A stretch of 64,000 bases of DNA, taken from NCBI GenBank assembly GCA_008632985.1, contig QPGO01000008.1, forward strand, positions 352,979-416,978. Reading direction: 5' to 3'. Below the pieces are notes generated by a model. That model worked only from the letters and a program-made list of their open reading frames with translations, did no database searches and was not told where the DNA came from. This DNA is from Psammoneis japonica (taxonomy: Eukaryota). Numbering within the stretch: the stretch's first letter is position 1; the number at the start of each line of letters is the position of its first letter. A program made the position numbers and the translations under genes. Shown here piece after piece: positions 22,988-34,023 of the stretch.

Positions 22988-24484
22988 ATGGCGGAGGACA
23001 ACATCGTTGCGTCTGGCAAAGCTGAGGATGCAGCAGCTCCGGAAGTCATGGCAGAAGTCACGGGCGCCGAAGGCGCGGCGGCAGTTGCCATGACTGCACT
23101 TGGCGCTGAGGGAAGTGCCGAGGGCATGTCCATCGAGTCCGAACGCACAAGGATGTCGGAGAAGCCGGCGCAGTCCCAAACTGAAAAGAGGGAGAAAGCC
23201 GAGCCGCCAGAGCCAACTTTTCAAATTTGTGGTTGGAATGAAGCACAGCAGCTGGGTCACACCGCCGAGCAGCTGCTTGAGGCCGGTTGCAAGATCGAGT
23301 TGGTGGGTGATCAGGCCACCTTTGTGAAACCGGAGGTCCCACCTTTTTGCAGCGGCAAAAGCGAGGAGGCAGCCAAGCCCGCGGCCAAAGTGGTCGCGAA
23401 AGCAACGGCGGAAGAGGAAGAAGAAGGAAATCAAGAGGAAGAAGAAGGAAATCAATTTCCGGACCCCAACGAACCGTCATTCGACTTGTGGGACTGGGTG
23501 TTGCGGCACGAAAAATCCGATGATTTCCAGGAGTCCATGTGCCTGATGAAGGATGCGCCGAACAATCCCAACCTCTGGTTCCCCGCGCTGGGAGAACTGG
23601 GGTGCATCAGGAGCGACCCTGAAGCCGTCGTGAATGCTCACGGCGAACACTGCAAGTGGGTGTGGAGGTGCCGCACGGAAGTCGGCAAGAGGGGCATCCC
23701 AGACTCGACGCCGAAGAGCAATGAAGTGTAAAGACCGCCGTCGAGGCTTTCGAAGCAGGGTGGTCGCTCGCACTGGTCTACCTCGTGAAGAGAGCAAGTG
23801 CAGAAGTGTGCACATTTGGATGAGGCGCCGTGTCATCCAACCTGCGTTGTTTTGCCTCGAAAAGTCCGTTCGCTCCGCAGGCCCCAAGGAGGTGGAGGTG
23901 GGCGAGCTGCGCGCATCGCAACGGAGGGGCGCAGGCACTGGTTTTTTTGCTTTGCGCCAGTTCCAGAAAGGCAGTGCGGTTGGAATCTACGTGGGCCCCA
24001 GGGTGCCCGGTACGACGAGGAGCTGCTCGTGGTACGACCACGACAGCAAGTTTGGAGAAGACCACAGCGTGTGCTGCTCCACCATCCGTGACAGCGAGGG
24101 CTGCCACGTCACAGTGGAGCCAAAACCGCTTGATTTTAGCGGTCCAGGGAACAAGAATTCTATCCACTCCACCTTGGAATGCACTGCGTGAACGATGCCA
24201 CCGAGTCGTTCAAGGACAAGAAGAAGATCAAGGCAAGCCAACATGCGGACAACAACTGCGAGTTCTACAACGACGGGTGCTTGGCAGTCACAAAGCGAAT
24301 CATGCCCAGGGAGGAATTTCTCTGCAGATGCAATTTGGACGAATTGGAGAAGAAGAAGAAGAAGAGGAAGGTGACGTCGGGTGCCATGAATCGGAAGAAG
24401 AAATCGCGTCCACTCCCCAAGTCGGGGAGGAGAAGCTCTGCGTCTTTTCAAAACGTCTGCCGTGTAGTTTGCTCTGTAAATTAG
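22988..24484 (+). pseudogene. SET-domain protein, frameshifted (near 23720 and 24180) and TpA-mutated
   Basis: GAGTGFFALRQFQKGSAVGIYVG (SET motif I), HCVND, and KRIMPREEFLCRC (E-x-x-x-x-Y with Y->C). The acidic ORF 22988-23731 overlaps the SET frame and is probably its N-terminus. Confidence 0.7.
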
Positions 24485-24580
24485 CAGCACAGTGTGTTGG
24501 TGTTTTTCAGCGAAACTGTGGCATTAGTTGAAAAGGCATAGCCCCAGTTGTGGTTCGAAAAATGGGAACGAGGAAGAACA

Positions 24581-24704
24581 GAAAGTCGGTAAATTTGCGC
24601 AAATCTGGCAAATTGGTGGGCACCTGCACAGTCGCCTGAGTGCAGAAAGTCAGCAAATTTACGCAAATTTAGCAAGTTATTTTGCACTGTCACAGTCGCC
24701 TGAG
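24581..24704. repeat. Two diverged 60-bp units, period 64, between the convergent SET and dioxygenase ORFs
   Basis: gaaagtcggtaaatttgcgcaaatctggcaa...acagtcgcctgag / gaaagtcagcaaatttacgcaaatttagcaa...acagtcgcctgag. Confidence 0.85.
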
Positions 24705-26123
24705 AATGGTCTCTTCCTCTAGAGAAAGGGGGATTGAATTGTTGTTCTTGCCCACCACAGCACTCTTCAGGCAGAGAGACACGCAGAAGAACTCGTCGTT
24801 TGAGCTTGTCCTGCTGGAGATGCAGTGGCACTTGGTGGGGTTAAAAATGATGACATCACCAAGCCGGAGTGCAACGGAGATGCCTTCGGCAGGGAAGCAG
24901 AAGCACGCCACAATCCCGTCATTCATGGTGTGGCTGCCGGATGGAGGGACTCCCACCACGGTGACCACTGACAGGAAGAAGTCCTCGTCCCGATGGGCGT
25001 TGAGGAAGACATTGCGCCCAGCCGCCAGAGAGGAGAAAATGCCATCTGACCGCACCAGGGATTTCCAGTTGTTAAACTTTTTGACACGAGCGACACCCTC
25101 AAGGATGGCACAGTCCACGCACTCATTGACAAGGTGCTCCATGCGTGAAAGAAGTCTGGTGAGGTGGTGAGTGTGTTGGTCGGCTGTGCCAGGCTGCTTG
25201 CAAGAAATTCGAGCGTCTCTCGTGGCAGCCAGGCCAATCGTGGAATGCTTGCTCCTGTCAGTCTCCATGAAGGTAACGCGTTGTTTGCCGTGCACGGTGG
25301 ACTGGGCGGTGCAGCATTCTAGTGCTTCGAGCGCTCGGCACTGAGCAACCAGTTCTGCTGGGTTGGGGGAGCTGAACACCACAGCAGAATGCGGCAGCAG
25401 GGTGCAGGTGTTGTGGCAGCGGCAACCGTCCAAGCCAAAGAAAGGCTTCAGATCAAGCACAGGGTCACAGACGACCAGAGGAGCCAATCCGGCAAAGTCA
25501 AAGTCAGCAAGACAAGGTGGTGCAGGCTGAGTGTAGTCGCCATTATAAACTAGAGTGCGGTTGGCCACGCAGTGCATGGAGAGACTCTCAGTGGCGCACA
25601 GTGCGAGTGGAACGAGGCGAGTGATCTTGGATGTTTTCCTGCTGGCGCGGCTGTGGATTCGCCTGCGGCTGCGGTGGGCCTTGCGAAGTGGCGGTTGAGC
25701 CCTCAACACGTGCTCGTACATCCTGGTGCGCATTGACAATGCGGTGTTCGCAGAGAACGTGTGTGCGAACTTGCCGGCAAACGTTCCGCTGCTTGACACT
25801 GTCACTGTCGTCTCAACAGTGCCCAAAGCAGAACTCTGTCGACAGGGACCGGTGGACTCCAGGGGAGTGGGGTCAAAACCTAATCGAGAGATGTGTCTGC
25901 TTTCCGTTGCCTCAAGAGCACCCAAAGCAAAACTCTGTTGACAGGGACCGGCGGACTCCAGGGGAGTGGGGTCGAAACCTAATCGCGAGAAGGATTTGCT
26001 TGTTGTCGGGCCGCGAGCTGCACATCCCAAACCCCCACACTGTCGAGACCGGCTGTAACTCGATCGCGACAAGTGCTTGTCGTTGGCAGGACGACGCAGC
26101 GAGGCACGAGGTGGTTGCGTCAT
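24690..26123 (-). CDS. 2OG-Fe(II) dioxygenase, TET/JBP-like (open frame but TpA-mutated)
   Basis: NAHRDEDF (HxD), VALRLGDVIIFNP, KCHCISSR (distal His) and CVSLCLK, in DSBH order; basic low-complexity N-terminus. Confidence 0.6.
   Translation of the reverse strand: MTQPPRASLRRPANDKHLSRSSYSRSRQCGGLGCAARGPTTSKSFSRLGFDPTPLESAGPCQQSFALGALEATESRHISRLGFDPTPLESTGPCRQSSALGTVETTVTVSSSGTFAGKFAHTFSANTALSMRTRMYEHVLRAQPPLRKAHRSRRRIHSRASRKTSKITRLVPLALCATESLSMHCVANRTLVYNGDYTQPAPPCLADFDFAGLAPLVVCDPVLDLKPFFGLDGCRCHNTCTLLPHSAVVFSSPNPAELVAQCRALEALECCTAQSTVHGKQRVTFMETDRSKHSTIGLAATRDARISCKQPGTADQHTHHLTRLLSRMEHLVNECVDCAILEGVARVKKFNNWKSLVRSDGIFSSLAAGRNVFLNAHRDEDFFLSVVTVVGVPPSGSHTMNDGIVACFCFPAEGISVALRLGDVIIFNPTKCHCISSRTSSNDEFFCVSLCLKSAVVGKNNNSIPLSLEEETILRRL
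25812..25989. repeat. Two 79-bp units, period 99 (33 aa), in the dioxygenase N-terminus
   Basis: SRLGFDPTPLES(A/T)GPC(Q/R)QS(F/S)ALG occurs twice. Confidence 0.95.
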
Positions 26124-26432
26124 GGTGTGTCTCAATTTGAATTGTGTTTCAAAACACAATGACGGAAGTGTTGTCGCGTTGTTTTTGTCTCCGCGGAGGG
26201 AGGATCATCCCACGGCAATCTCAGTGCGAGTTCTCGCGTAGAAGTGCGTTACGTGCCGTGCCAGCTTGTGCGTTTGAATTACACAGACACACAAGTACGG
26301 CAGCGATGAGAAGCAGGTCGAGATTCAAAACAAATTTTACCGCCCAAAGGCGTCTTGTTGTTTCAACGCGTCTGCATGTCTGTTTAAAATGACTTTGTGT
26401 GTCGCTCCACACGCAGGTAGAGGCAGCACGCC

Positions 26433-27302
26433 GTGTTTGAAAATTTCGCGCGCACAGAGGGCGCGACGGCAATTTTACGCATTCTGCGCACGTCACAGTT
26501 TGGTTTGGAAACGCGACATCTGGTCGAACCCGCTGCAAGCAAGGTTGATGTTGCCACAAGGTTGGATGCGATGAACCATCGTCACAGAAGTTTTGGGGAG
26601 TTTCATCATCAAACGGCTCCGGACTCCGCGTTCCAGAGCAGGCGTGTCTCTGGAGACGGAAGCGGATCTTCGCACGGCGGCGAAGTTGGCTTCGCTTTGA
26701 GCAGCGAAGTGTTTTTGAACGAACGCCTTCTTGGCGTGAATCACACCTGCGATGCATCTGTCGACATGGGCGGGGGAGTTGCCGGACCCAGCATCGGGCT
26801 CAAGTTACTTCGTCGCCGTTGCACCGTGGTGAGCATCGAGGCCGACCACGATCGTCACCAAGAGGCTGCATGTTGGGCTCATCATGCTGGCCTTTGCTCG
26901 AACGGTGGGTTAGAGTTGATCAACAAGTCATTTTTGGACGAGAGGCTGGCTCCTTTGTGGAAAAAGAAAGGACTCAAGGTGTTCTTCAACAACTGCAACT
27001 CCCGCATGGTCGACGACAAGATCACACAGCAGAAGGCAGAGGCGATGCTTTCGAAGTTGTGTCGTGCTGGGACCGTGATGGTGGTGCTAGATCCGCTGTT
27101 CGCATCGTGCGCAGGAGAGTGGATGTGCGAGTCGTTCACGGTGGATTGCCATGATGGCGACTTTTTGTGGCACAGCGGAGACGTGAAACATCTCGTCTTC
27201 CACAAGTGCACCAAGAAAGAGGAGACTTCTCAGTCAACCAGCCAGCACATGCGACGTCCCACTCCGACACACTTGGAACGGAAGTGTTGCGCAAGCACTT
27301 GA
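26433..27302 (+). CDS. Class I SAM-dependent methyltransferase, DOT1-like (TpA-mutated; start uncertain)
   Basis: FGEF (DOT1 YGE), VDMGGGVAG (motif I), VVSIEAD (post-I), KVFFNN and RAGTVMVVLDPL, in DOT1 order. Confidence 0.55.
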   Translation: MFENFARTEGATAILRILRTSQFGLETRHLVEPAASKVDVATRLDAMNHRHRSFGEFHHQTAPDSAFQSRRVSGDGSGSSHGGEVGFALSSEVFLNERLLGVNHTCDASVDMGGGVAGPSIGLKLLRRRCTVVSIEADHDRHQEAACWAHHAGLCSNGGLELINKSFLDERLAPLWKKKGLKVFFNNCNSRMVDDKITQQKAEAMLSKLCRAGTVMVVLDPLFASCAGEWMCESFTVDCHDGDFLWHSGDVKHLVFHKCTKKEETSQSTSQHMRRPTPTHLERKCCAST

Positions 27303-30300
27303 GCAACGAATTGGCAGAGCAAAATGAGCTCTCCAATTGGACAGTGGTTTCAACTCATCTGCACAGCTGCACAATGGCACCATGGCATCTCTGTGTGTCT
27401 CTGCTCTTTGGTCAAATGACTGCAAGTTGTCCAAGGAGACTTGTCAGAGTGGCGCAGCAGTTGCTCCATCAAAAGAGACAGCCACAATTGGAGGGTCTGA
27501 CCCAGGCAACACCTCATGTTGGTCATGTTGAATTTGTCCAAGAGGAGGAAGGCACAGAGACAACAAACTTGAAAACAGCTGTTGCAATGCTCACCATGCA
27601 AAGCAAGATGATTTGTCACCTCTGCCAGAAGATGGAAATGCTGCAGAGGGAGGCAAAATGCCGGTGGCTCTTGTTTGAAGGCTGTCACAGCAGAAAAAAG
27701 ATGAGGAAACAAACCTTGCAACAAACAAACACTCTGCAAGCAAAAACACTGTTGAACAGTGCCCAGACCTCATGAGGAATTTTGCTCTCATGCATGCATG
27801 AGAACCCAAGAAACTTGCCTCCAAAAAGCATCCCATGATCTGTTGCAAGAAGCGTGCTTGTCTGGTCTTCTGTGAATTGCAGACCTCCAGCAGAGTCAAT
27901 CCAGCATCCAAAGACAAGCTCAGCTCCAGCACTGTGGATCTGAGATCATCTGCATGTTGGAAATCCAAACAAAGTCCATTGCTTTTGCTCATGTTTGTGA
28001 AGGCCTCATTGCTGCTGCAGCACTTGTTTGCTCAAAAACTCTTGAATGGCCAGACTTCAGCACAGCTGTTGCAGCACTGCTTTGACATGAAACAACAAAG
28101 CAAGAAGTTGAGTTGATCAAGAGCCATTTTGTGGCAATGACGTGCATGCACAACAGCTGATGTTTGGTGCAAGGTGCCTGTGAGATGCTGTTTGATGATC
28201 TTGGATTTCTTAGAAGCAAGGTGCTGAGGCTGCTGATGGTGGCACAAAATGACCAAGATGTTCTAAGTCAGATGTTTGCTCCCACACCATGTGGCTGTCA
28301 GCAAACAAAGTGCAAAGTGAAAGAGTTGAGAAAATGCTCAGTTTGAACAAAACAAAGTTGCCATCTCATTCAAGCTCCTGGCTTTCAACAGAAGACATCA
28401 AAGACAAGTTGCTGGAAGACCAACTAACATCGATGTGCTGCCAGTTTTCTGTTGCAAAATTTGAAAGCTTCCCCCAGTTCTTGGTGGCCTTTGTTCATGT
28501 TGGAGCTCTCATCTGTTTTGTGTGATGAAGAGAACAGACAATTGGTGAGTTCACGCAAGACAGCCTGCCAGCAGCAAGCAATGTGGGAGCTTTTTTTGCA
28601 CATGATGAGCCAAACTTACAATGGAAGAAAAGAGCTTGTGCAAAGTGCAACCTGACAAAGGTGGCAAACACATCAAATGCAAAATTTGAAAATGGTTTTT
28701 GAATGGCTGAAAATTGCAACAGCCTTGAGTTTCTTTGACTCAAATGCTTTGCACTTGAGGACAGTGCAGCTGGTGACAGCATTTTTGATTTTGGCTCGGG
28801 CAGTGCTGGGAGCACTCTTGAGAATGCAAAGTTGTGGAAAGCCACAGGTGCAATGAAAGAGAAACAGCTTTCAATGGTGGGGCTTTCATTTGAACTTGTG
28901 TGTGACTTGGTGATTGTGCCACTGGACAACCCTGGGTTTGAGAGCTGTGCCATGGTTGTGCTGGCCAAGACTGAGTGAAAGAGCAGTTGACCAAAACACA
29001 CTGCAGCTCTTTGTCATGTGGCACCCATCATTGCTGGTTGCTGGGGTGGAGGCCCCCATTTTTTGTGATTGGAGCACTGACAGCCAAAGTGAGTGCTTTG
29101 TGCACTGCACATTTTTTCTGTGGCACTGGCAATGGGAGACATTGTTTGTTTGTCAGAGCTTGTCAGCTGGTGCAAAATTTGTGGCCAGCTGAAGAGCAAT
29201 GAGTTTCTTCTGTCACATTTCTTCCAGACCATTGATCCTTTTGCAAGAGCTGATTTTCCCATTTCCCATTTGTTCCACGTGCAGGTGGGCTTTGTCACAA
29301 ATAATTTTTGCTCCCAATCAAGCACCAAATGGGTCACAACAAAGCTGAGTGATCCTGGCAAAATCCAACCAAAGCCAAACCACAACTGGCGCTGCCCTGT
29401 TGACAAATGTTTCACCACACAGTTTCATGGACATCAGCAAACTGGAGCCCACAATTGGGAAAGTGAGCTCACCCTGCCCAGGGCTGCAAATTTGTTTAAA
29501 GTCCACAAATGTCCCAGGGCTCCATTGACTCAAAAGTGTCATTGCTCAACAACGCGCTCAACACCTCATGAGTTCAGTCAATTTCCAGAATGTGTTTGCC
29601 ATCTGCAGACCCAATGATGCAAAGACCCTTTTGCCGTGTGAGTTTTCACTGTTTGCAAACAGCTCCTGAAATGAGATGATGAAGAACTCCTGGGTTCTCT
29701 GCAATGCACCTGGTCCCACTGAGTGCTTGCAAACAAGGGCGGGGGTTGGGCAAAGGAAAAAACTCAACAGCGCCCCTTTGGCCAGTCATTTGGAAATCAT
29801 GTTGAAGCCCTGCCAGTGCAGGGCCCCAGACATGCCATCCATCAAAGGGATGAGTTGTGAGAGACTGAGTGTTTTGTCATGTGCAGCGCTGTCTGTTTCA
29901 AACCTGGAAGCCCCCCATTGCCTTTCTTGTGCTTCTTTGCTGAGGCCAGAGAAGTTGATCTAAGGACACACCCTCATTGTTGCAACAAGCAGCACAGGAG
30001 AGCTGAGGCATGAAACAGCACATCAACAGGAACAGCAGAGCTCACACTGGCACTGTGCACCATTTTAGTTGGATGATGCAGATGGCGACATGACCTTCCA
30101 TGCAGCAACAATGGAAGCATCATGCATGCCACCCGTGCAATAAAAAGCGAAGTCGAAAACGCAATGAAATGTGCAGCAGCACTGCAAAATGCTGGCCCTT
30201 TTAATCAAAACTGCAAAGCCACGGATAACACAAACAAAGCACGATAACCTAAAAGGAAGATGCTGCAGTGCGAAAATACTTTCTTGTCACATTCTAATTG

Positions 30301-30564
30301 CAGATTAAAAGATGTGACACATTCCACAAAACCAAAGAGAATTCTCCAGGCCTCGTCACTGACACGTGCGACGCCAAAGCGTCAAACCTCCACAAACCTA
30401 GGACATTCCTCTTGAGTTAGAGAGTGACATCGAAACACTCTGCACCGCTCCATATAACGGTCCTTTGTGTAACAATGGGCGTCATAGCACTTTTCAAAAG
30501 TACAAGTATAGCAAAAGGAGCCTTGTCAGGTCTCACACAATCGACAACGAAAGAGATGAAATGG

Positions 30565-30960
30565 TCACGAACGCATGCTCACCTTTTGACAGATCTGGCA
30601 TGTCCTATACTCGTCTTCGTCTGCAATGGTTCGACATGATGGGATGTCGGCTTCTGGTCGTACTTTGGTGAGATGCCTCGGCGAGGAATCTGCCGCATCC
30701 ATTGAGTTCTTTCTAAAATTGGTCATTCCTAATTTTTCATTTTTCAATGAGGCGGCAACATCAAAAGTCAGAAATCTTGCGAAATAGAATGCATGGACTA
30801 ATAGAGATACGACGGTGTACCATCCCTCAAGGAACACGATGATGCTGCTCCTCTTATACCCTTCACTCGTCAAACTCGTACCTTCCTCTGCACGAGCAAG
30901 AAAACTGATCAGAAGGATCAGAAGGATGAAAAACAACTGTGCCTGGTGAGCGATCCTCAT
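30565..30960 (-). CDS. Small hypothetical protein with signal peptide and one TM segment
   Basis: MRIAHQAQLFFILLILLISFLARA followed by a hydrophobic stretch; no family recognised. Confidence 0.35.
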   Translation of the reverse strand: MRIAHQAQLFFILLILLISFLARAEEGTSLTSEGYKRSSIIVFLEGWYTVVSLLVHAFYFARFLTFDVAASLKNEKLGMTNFRKNSMDAADSSPRHLTKVRPEADIPSCRTIADEDEYRTCQICQKVSMRS

Positions 30961-31308
30961 TGTCAAACCAGTTTGTTGAAGCAAATACGATACACGAAGC
31001 TCGGAAGGGTAGCTACCGGTAGCACAAGTAAGCAAGAGTGTAGGTCGGTCAGCCCAACAATACACTTGCGTTATTTTGCAAGAGGATGATTTTGTGACCG
31101 TGTTTTCGATCGATGACTCTCCTCTATGTCTTTCAGGACTAAAGATTTAAGCCCCAAAGCTTCAACGCAGAGGGAAATGACTCGATGTAGAAGTACCGTA
31201 CTGTAGCTGGCATCTAATTTTGTGCCCTCTACTATACTCTCTCTAGCTAGCTACTCTACTCTAGCTACTACTATTAGAGAGCTCTACTACTAGTAGAGAG
31301 AGCTCTAG

Positions 31309-31311
<3 letters not shown>

Positions 31312-31339
<28 letters not shown>
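31312..31339. repeat. (AG)14 microsatellite inside a CTAG/TAGAG-rich tract
   Basis: Direct reading. Confidence 0.95.
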
Positions 31340-31342
<3 letters not shown>

Positions 31343-31948
31343 CAGTATAGAGAGAGAGCTCTACTCTAGACTAGGTTACACTAGACTTAATTTTTTTAGC
31401 TAGCCCTCTAGAGAGTCTGTGAGATTGAAAGCAATCCGGTAGCACAAGCTGCAGGCCAATCCACGCGTCTATCACAACCAAACTTTTCGATAACATCAAG
31501 CATAAATTTCACTTTTTTCTTTTTTTTGGTACGGCGAAGCATCCACAACAATGAGAATAGTGTAACGCGAAGAAATTAAAGAAAATTGAAAATCTTGACC
31601 ATCACCACACCATTAGTCTGCGAATCGATCCTATGCCAACGCGAAAGTTCAAATGGGATTTGCAAAAAGTTTGATTGAAAACTAGATGAAGATAAAGTGC
31701 AAAATAAGTTTGTTGACGTTGGTTGACTTGCCGTCATGTGATACCATCTTAGCGCGTAGCAATACCGATGATTATTACTGTTTCTTATCTTTCACTTGTA
31801 CTATTAAGAATTAAGAAAGGGACATAAGATGTTACCATGCAACAAGAATTAAAAGCATTTCTAGATAGATGTATCTCGCTACATAACCTATATCCTTTCC
31901 TATTTCCACCCGAGACTGTACAACCCGACACTCAACCGCTCTACTTGT

Positions 31949-33331
31949 TTAGAATCCAAAGTCACCATCATCAAACCCATACTCGGAATCGTCGGCAGAG
32001 TCGTCATCGCCATCGGAGTCACTGTCGTCATGATCCAAATTAGCCGCCTCTTCAAAGTTGTTCAATTCAACAAAGTCTACCTTCCATCGTAAGATGCCGC
32101 CAATGCCACCAAAACCCTTTACGAATTGCGTGCCTTCTCCACTACGGTCGGTGACAAACTCCAAGTTGCAACCAAAGTTCTTGTAGTTGTTCGCGAACCA
32201 TTCCACAAGGGATTCCTCTTCGACAACCTCCAATTCAACTCCCGTTTCAGGGTCACGGAAAAACGATTCGTTTTGTTCCTGCTCCTTGGTTAGGTGAACC
32301 ACCTTGTCTTCGCCGGTGGATGTGTTCCTCAAAACATACCGAGTCACTGCGAGGCTGTCATAGATGATGAGGTCTTCGACTGCACCCAACTCAAGCGCCT
32401 TGAGTGTGTCATCCACCATGAAACAGTACTTGCCCGTGTCTTGAGAGATTTCGTCCATGTATCTCTGGAGCAGCTTCTTTTCCTTCATGAGCTTGACGCT
32501 GCTCAAGGTATCAGCAGCCAACTCAATGGCTTGGTTAAAGCCGTGCTCACCACCATAAGATACGTCCACCATTTTGAGTACAATCTTGGACAGACGCTGG
32601 TCAAAGAGATCGGAACGCATGAGTTCCGCCTTGAAATCGGCGGATCCCGCCAATACCAAGCCTTGCACATTTGGACGCTGTCCGTCCGTAACAAAAAGCT
32701 GCGTCGCCAACTCTGCCACTTTTCGGACATAGTTGTGTCGCTTCTCTAGACGGAGACGAGCAAAACGCAAGGCAGACTGCCCACCACGTCCGTGCTTCTT
32801 TGGCAAGTCTACACTAAACTTGTGCAGAATCTCGCGATTCGAGCCCTGAACCGTTCCGTAGAGAGTACCATTACCGTCCATGACGATGAACCCAAAGGCT
32901 TCGTCGTCCATCAACAATTCATTCAGATCTTCGGTATGGAACTTGTTATCGCATAAGTAGAGCGACGTGTTGATGGGCTTAAAGGGCTCAAAGTCAATGT
33001 TGACGCGGCGTTCCTTTCCGTCGTCTGTAATCACGGTCCCGCAATAAATCACCAATCCGTTCTTCGGGCACTTGGAGTACAGCTTCAGACGCTGCTGCGT
33101 ACTGGTGATGGCACCCAACACACTCAAACGATTTACACGACTCTTGATGTTACTAGCTGTACCGTATTCGTCTGAAAGCATCTTGTTCACGCGGCTAATT
33201 TGATCTCCGGGAGGAATAATGAGAGAAATCATCGACGTGCCGTTTCCTCGGGCTTCCTGCAGTTTCTTGATTAATTTTTTAACCTTGAAGATTTCAATTT
33301 GTTGATCCGTATCATCTTTGTTGTTCGACAT
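31949..33331 (-). CDS. eRF1: Eukaryotic peptide chain release factor 1
   Basis: GTS, TASNIKS, YLCDNKF and HGRGGQS motifs; intronless, 460 aa. Confidence 0.98.
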   Translation of the reverse strand: MSNNKDDTDQQIEIFKVKKLIKKLQEARGNGTSMISLIIPPGDQISRVNKMLSDEYGTASNIKSRVNRLSVLGAITSTQQRLKLYSKCPKNGLVIYCGTVITDDGKERRVNIDFEPFKPINTSLYLCDNKFHTEDLNELLMDDEAFGFIVMDGNGTLYGTVQGSNREILHKFSVDLPKKHGRGGQSALRFARLRLEKRHNYVRKVAELATQLFVTDGQRPNVQGLVLAGSADFKAELMRSDLFDQRLSKIVLKMVDVSYGGEHGFNQAIELAADTLSSVKLMKEKKLLQRYMDEISQDTGKYCFMVDDTLKALELGAVEDLIIYDSLAVTRYVLRNTSTGEDKVVHLTKEQEQNESFFRDPETGVELEVVEEESLVEWFANNYKNFGCNLEFVTDRSGEGTQFVKGFGGIGGILRWKVDFVELNNFEEAANLDHDDSDSDGDDDSADDSEYGFDDGDFGF

Positions 33332-34023
33332 GATGTTTGCTAAGCGTCGTTCTCTGTTATATCAAAGGAGGGCGAGGGACTTGAAGACAAATTATGGCAA
33401 ACGCGAAACACGATGCAATGCGGACGTGTTTTTGCGACTGGCTCGGTGTGAATGCAGAAGACGCTCCTGATGAAAGCCGATACCAGAACAGGTTATGAAA
33501 CCCTGCTGTTACCACCACCAACGCAACGATCGTCATGGGTAATGAGCACTACTCCTCTACCTGTAGTCTCTCTGTGGAGAGTAGCTCTCTAGCTAGAGTA
33601 GAGAGTACTGTAGCTACTTAGATCTCTAGAGTATAGTAGCTAGAGTCGTATAGCAGAGTAGAGAGTAGAGAATAGAGTACAGTCGTTTAGACTGGACTCT
33701 CTCTAGCTAGAGTTGTAGTAGTAGACGTATAACACAGCGGGCAAAGGCCCAACAGAGCGAGCTCGAGAAAAAATGGATGCAACCGGCACCTCAAATTCAC
33801 TCTACCGTCTAAGATCTAGTCTCCTCTGTCTCTCTCGCTGGATAGGGCAAGAGTGCGGAATGCTTTCTTCGCTTTCGCCCTCTCGCTTTCTCCAAGTCTA
33901 CAGTATCTCTCTACGAGTACTGTAGATAGAAAAAGTAGTAGTACTGTAGTCTTGCCATACAATCACTGGATTGAACTGAAGCTGAAGAATAAGTCATAGC
34001 AAGGAAATTTTAGAAATTCTTAA

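Noticed and set aside
25850..25990. tRNA T-arm-like words (ggtttcgacccc) in the 99-bp repeat
   Set aside because: No cloverleaf can be folded; the repeat is in-frame coding sequence.
31949..33331. Variant genetic code as the explanation for missing TAA/TAG and Tyr
   Set aside because: eRF1 motifs are canonical, host genes end in TAA, TAG and TGA and use Tyr normally, and the depletion is frame-independent and regional.
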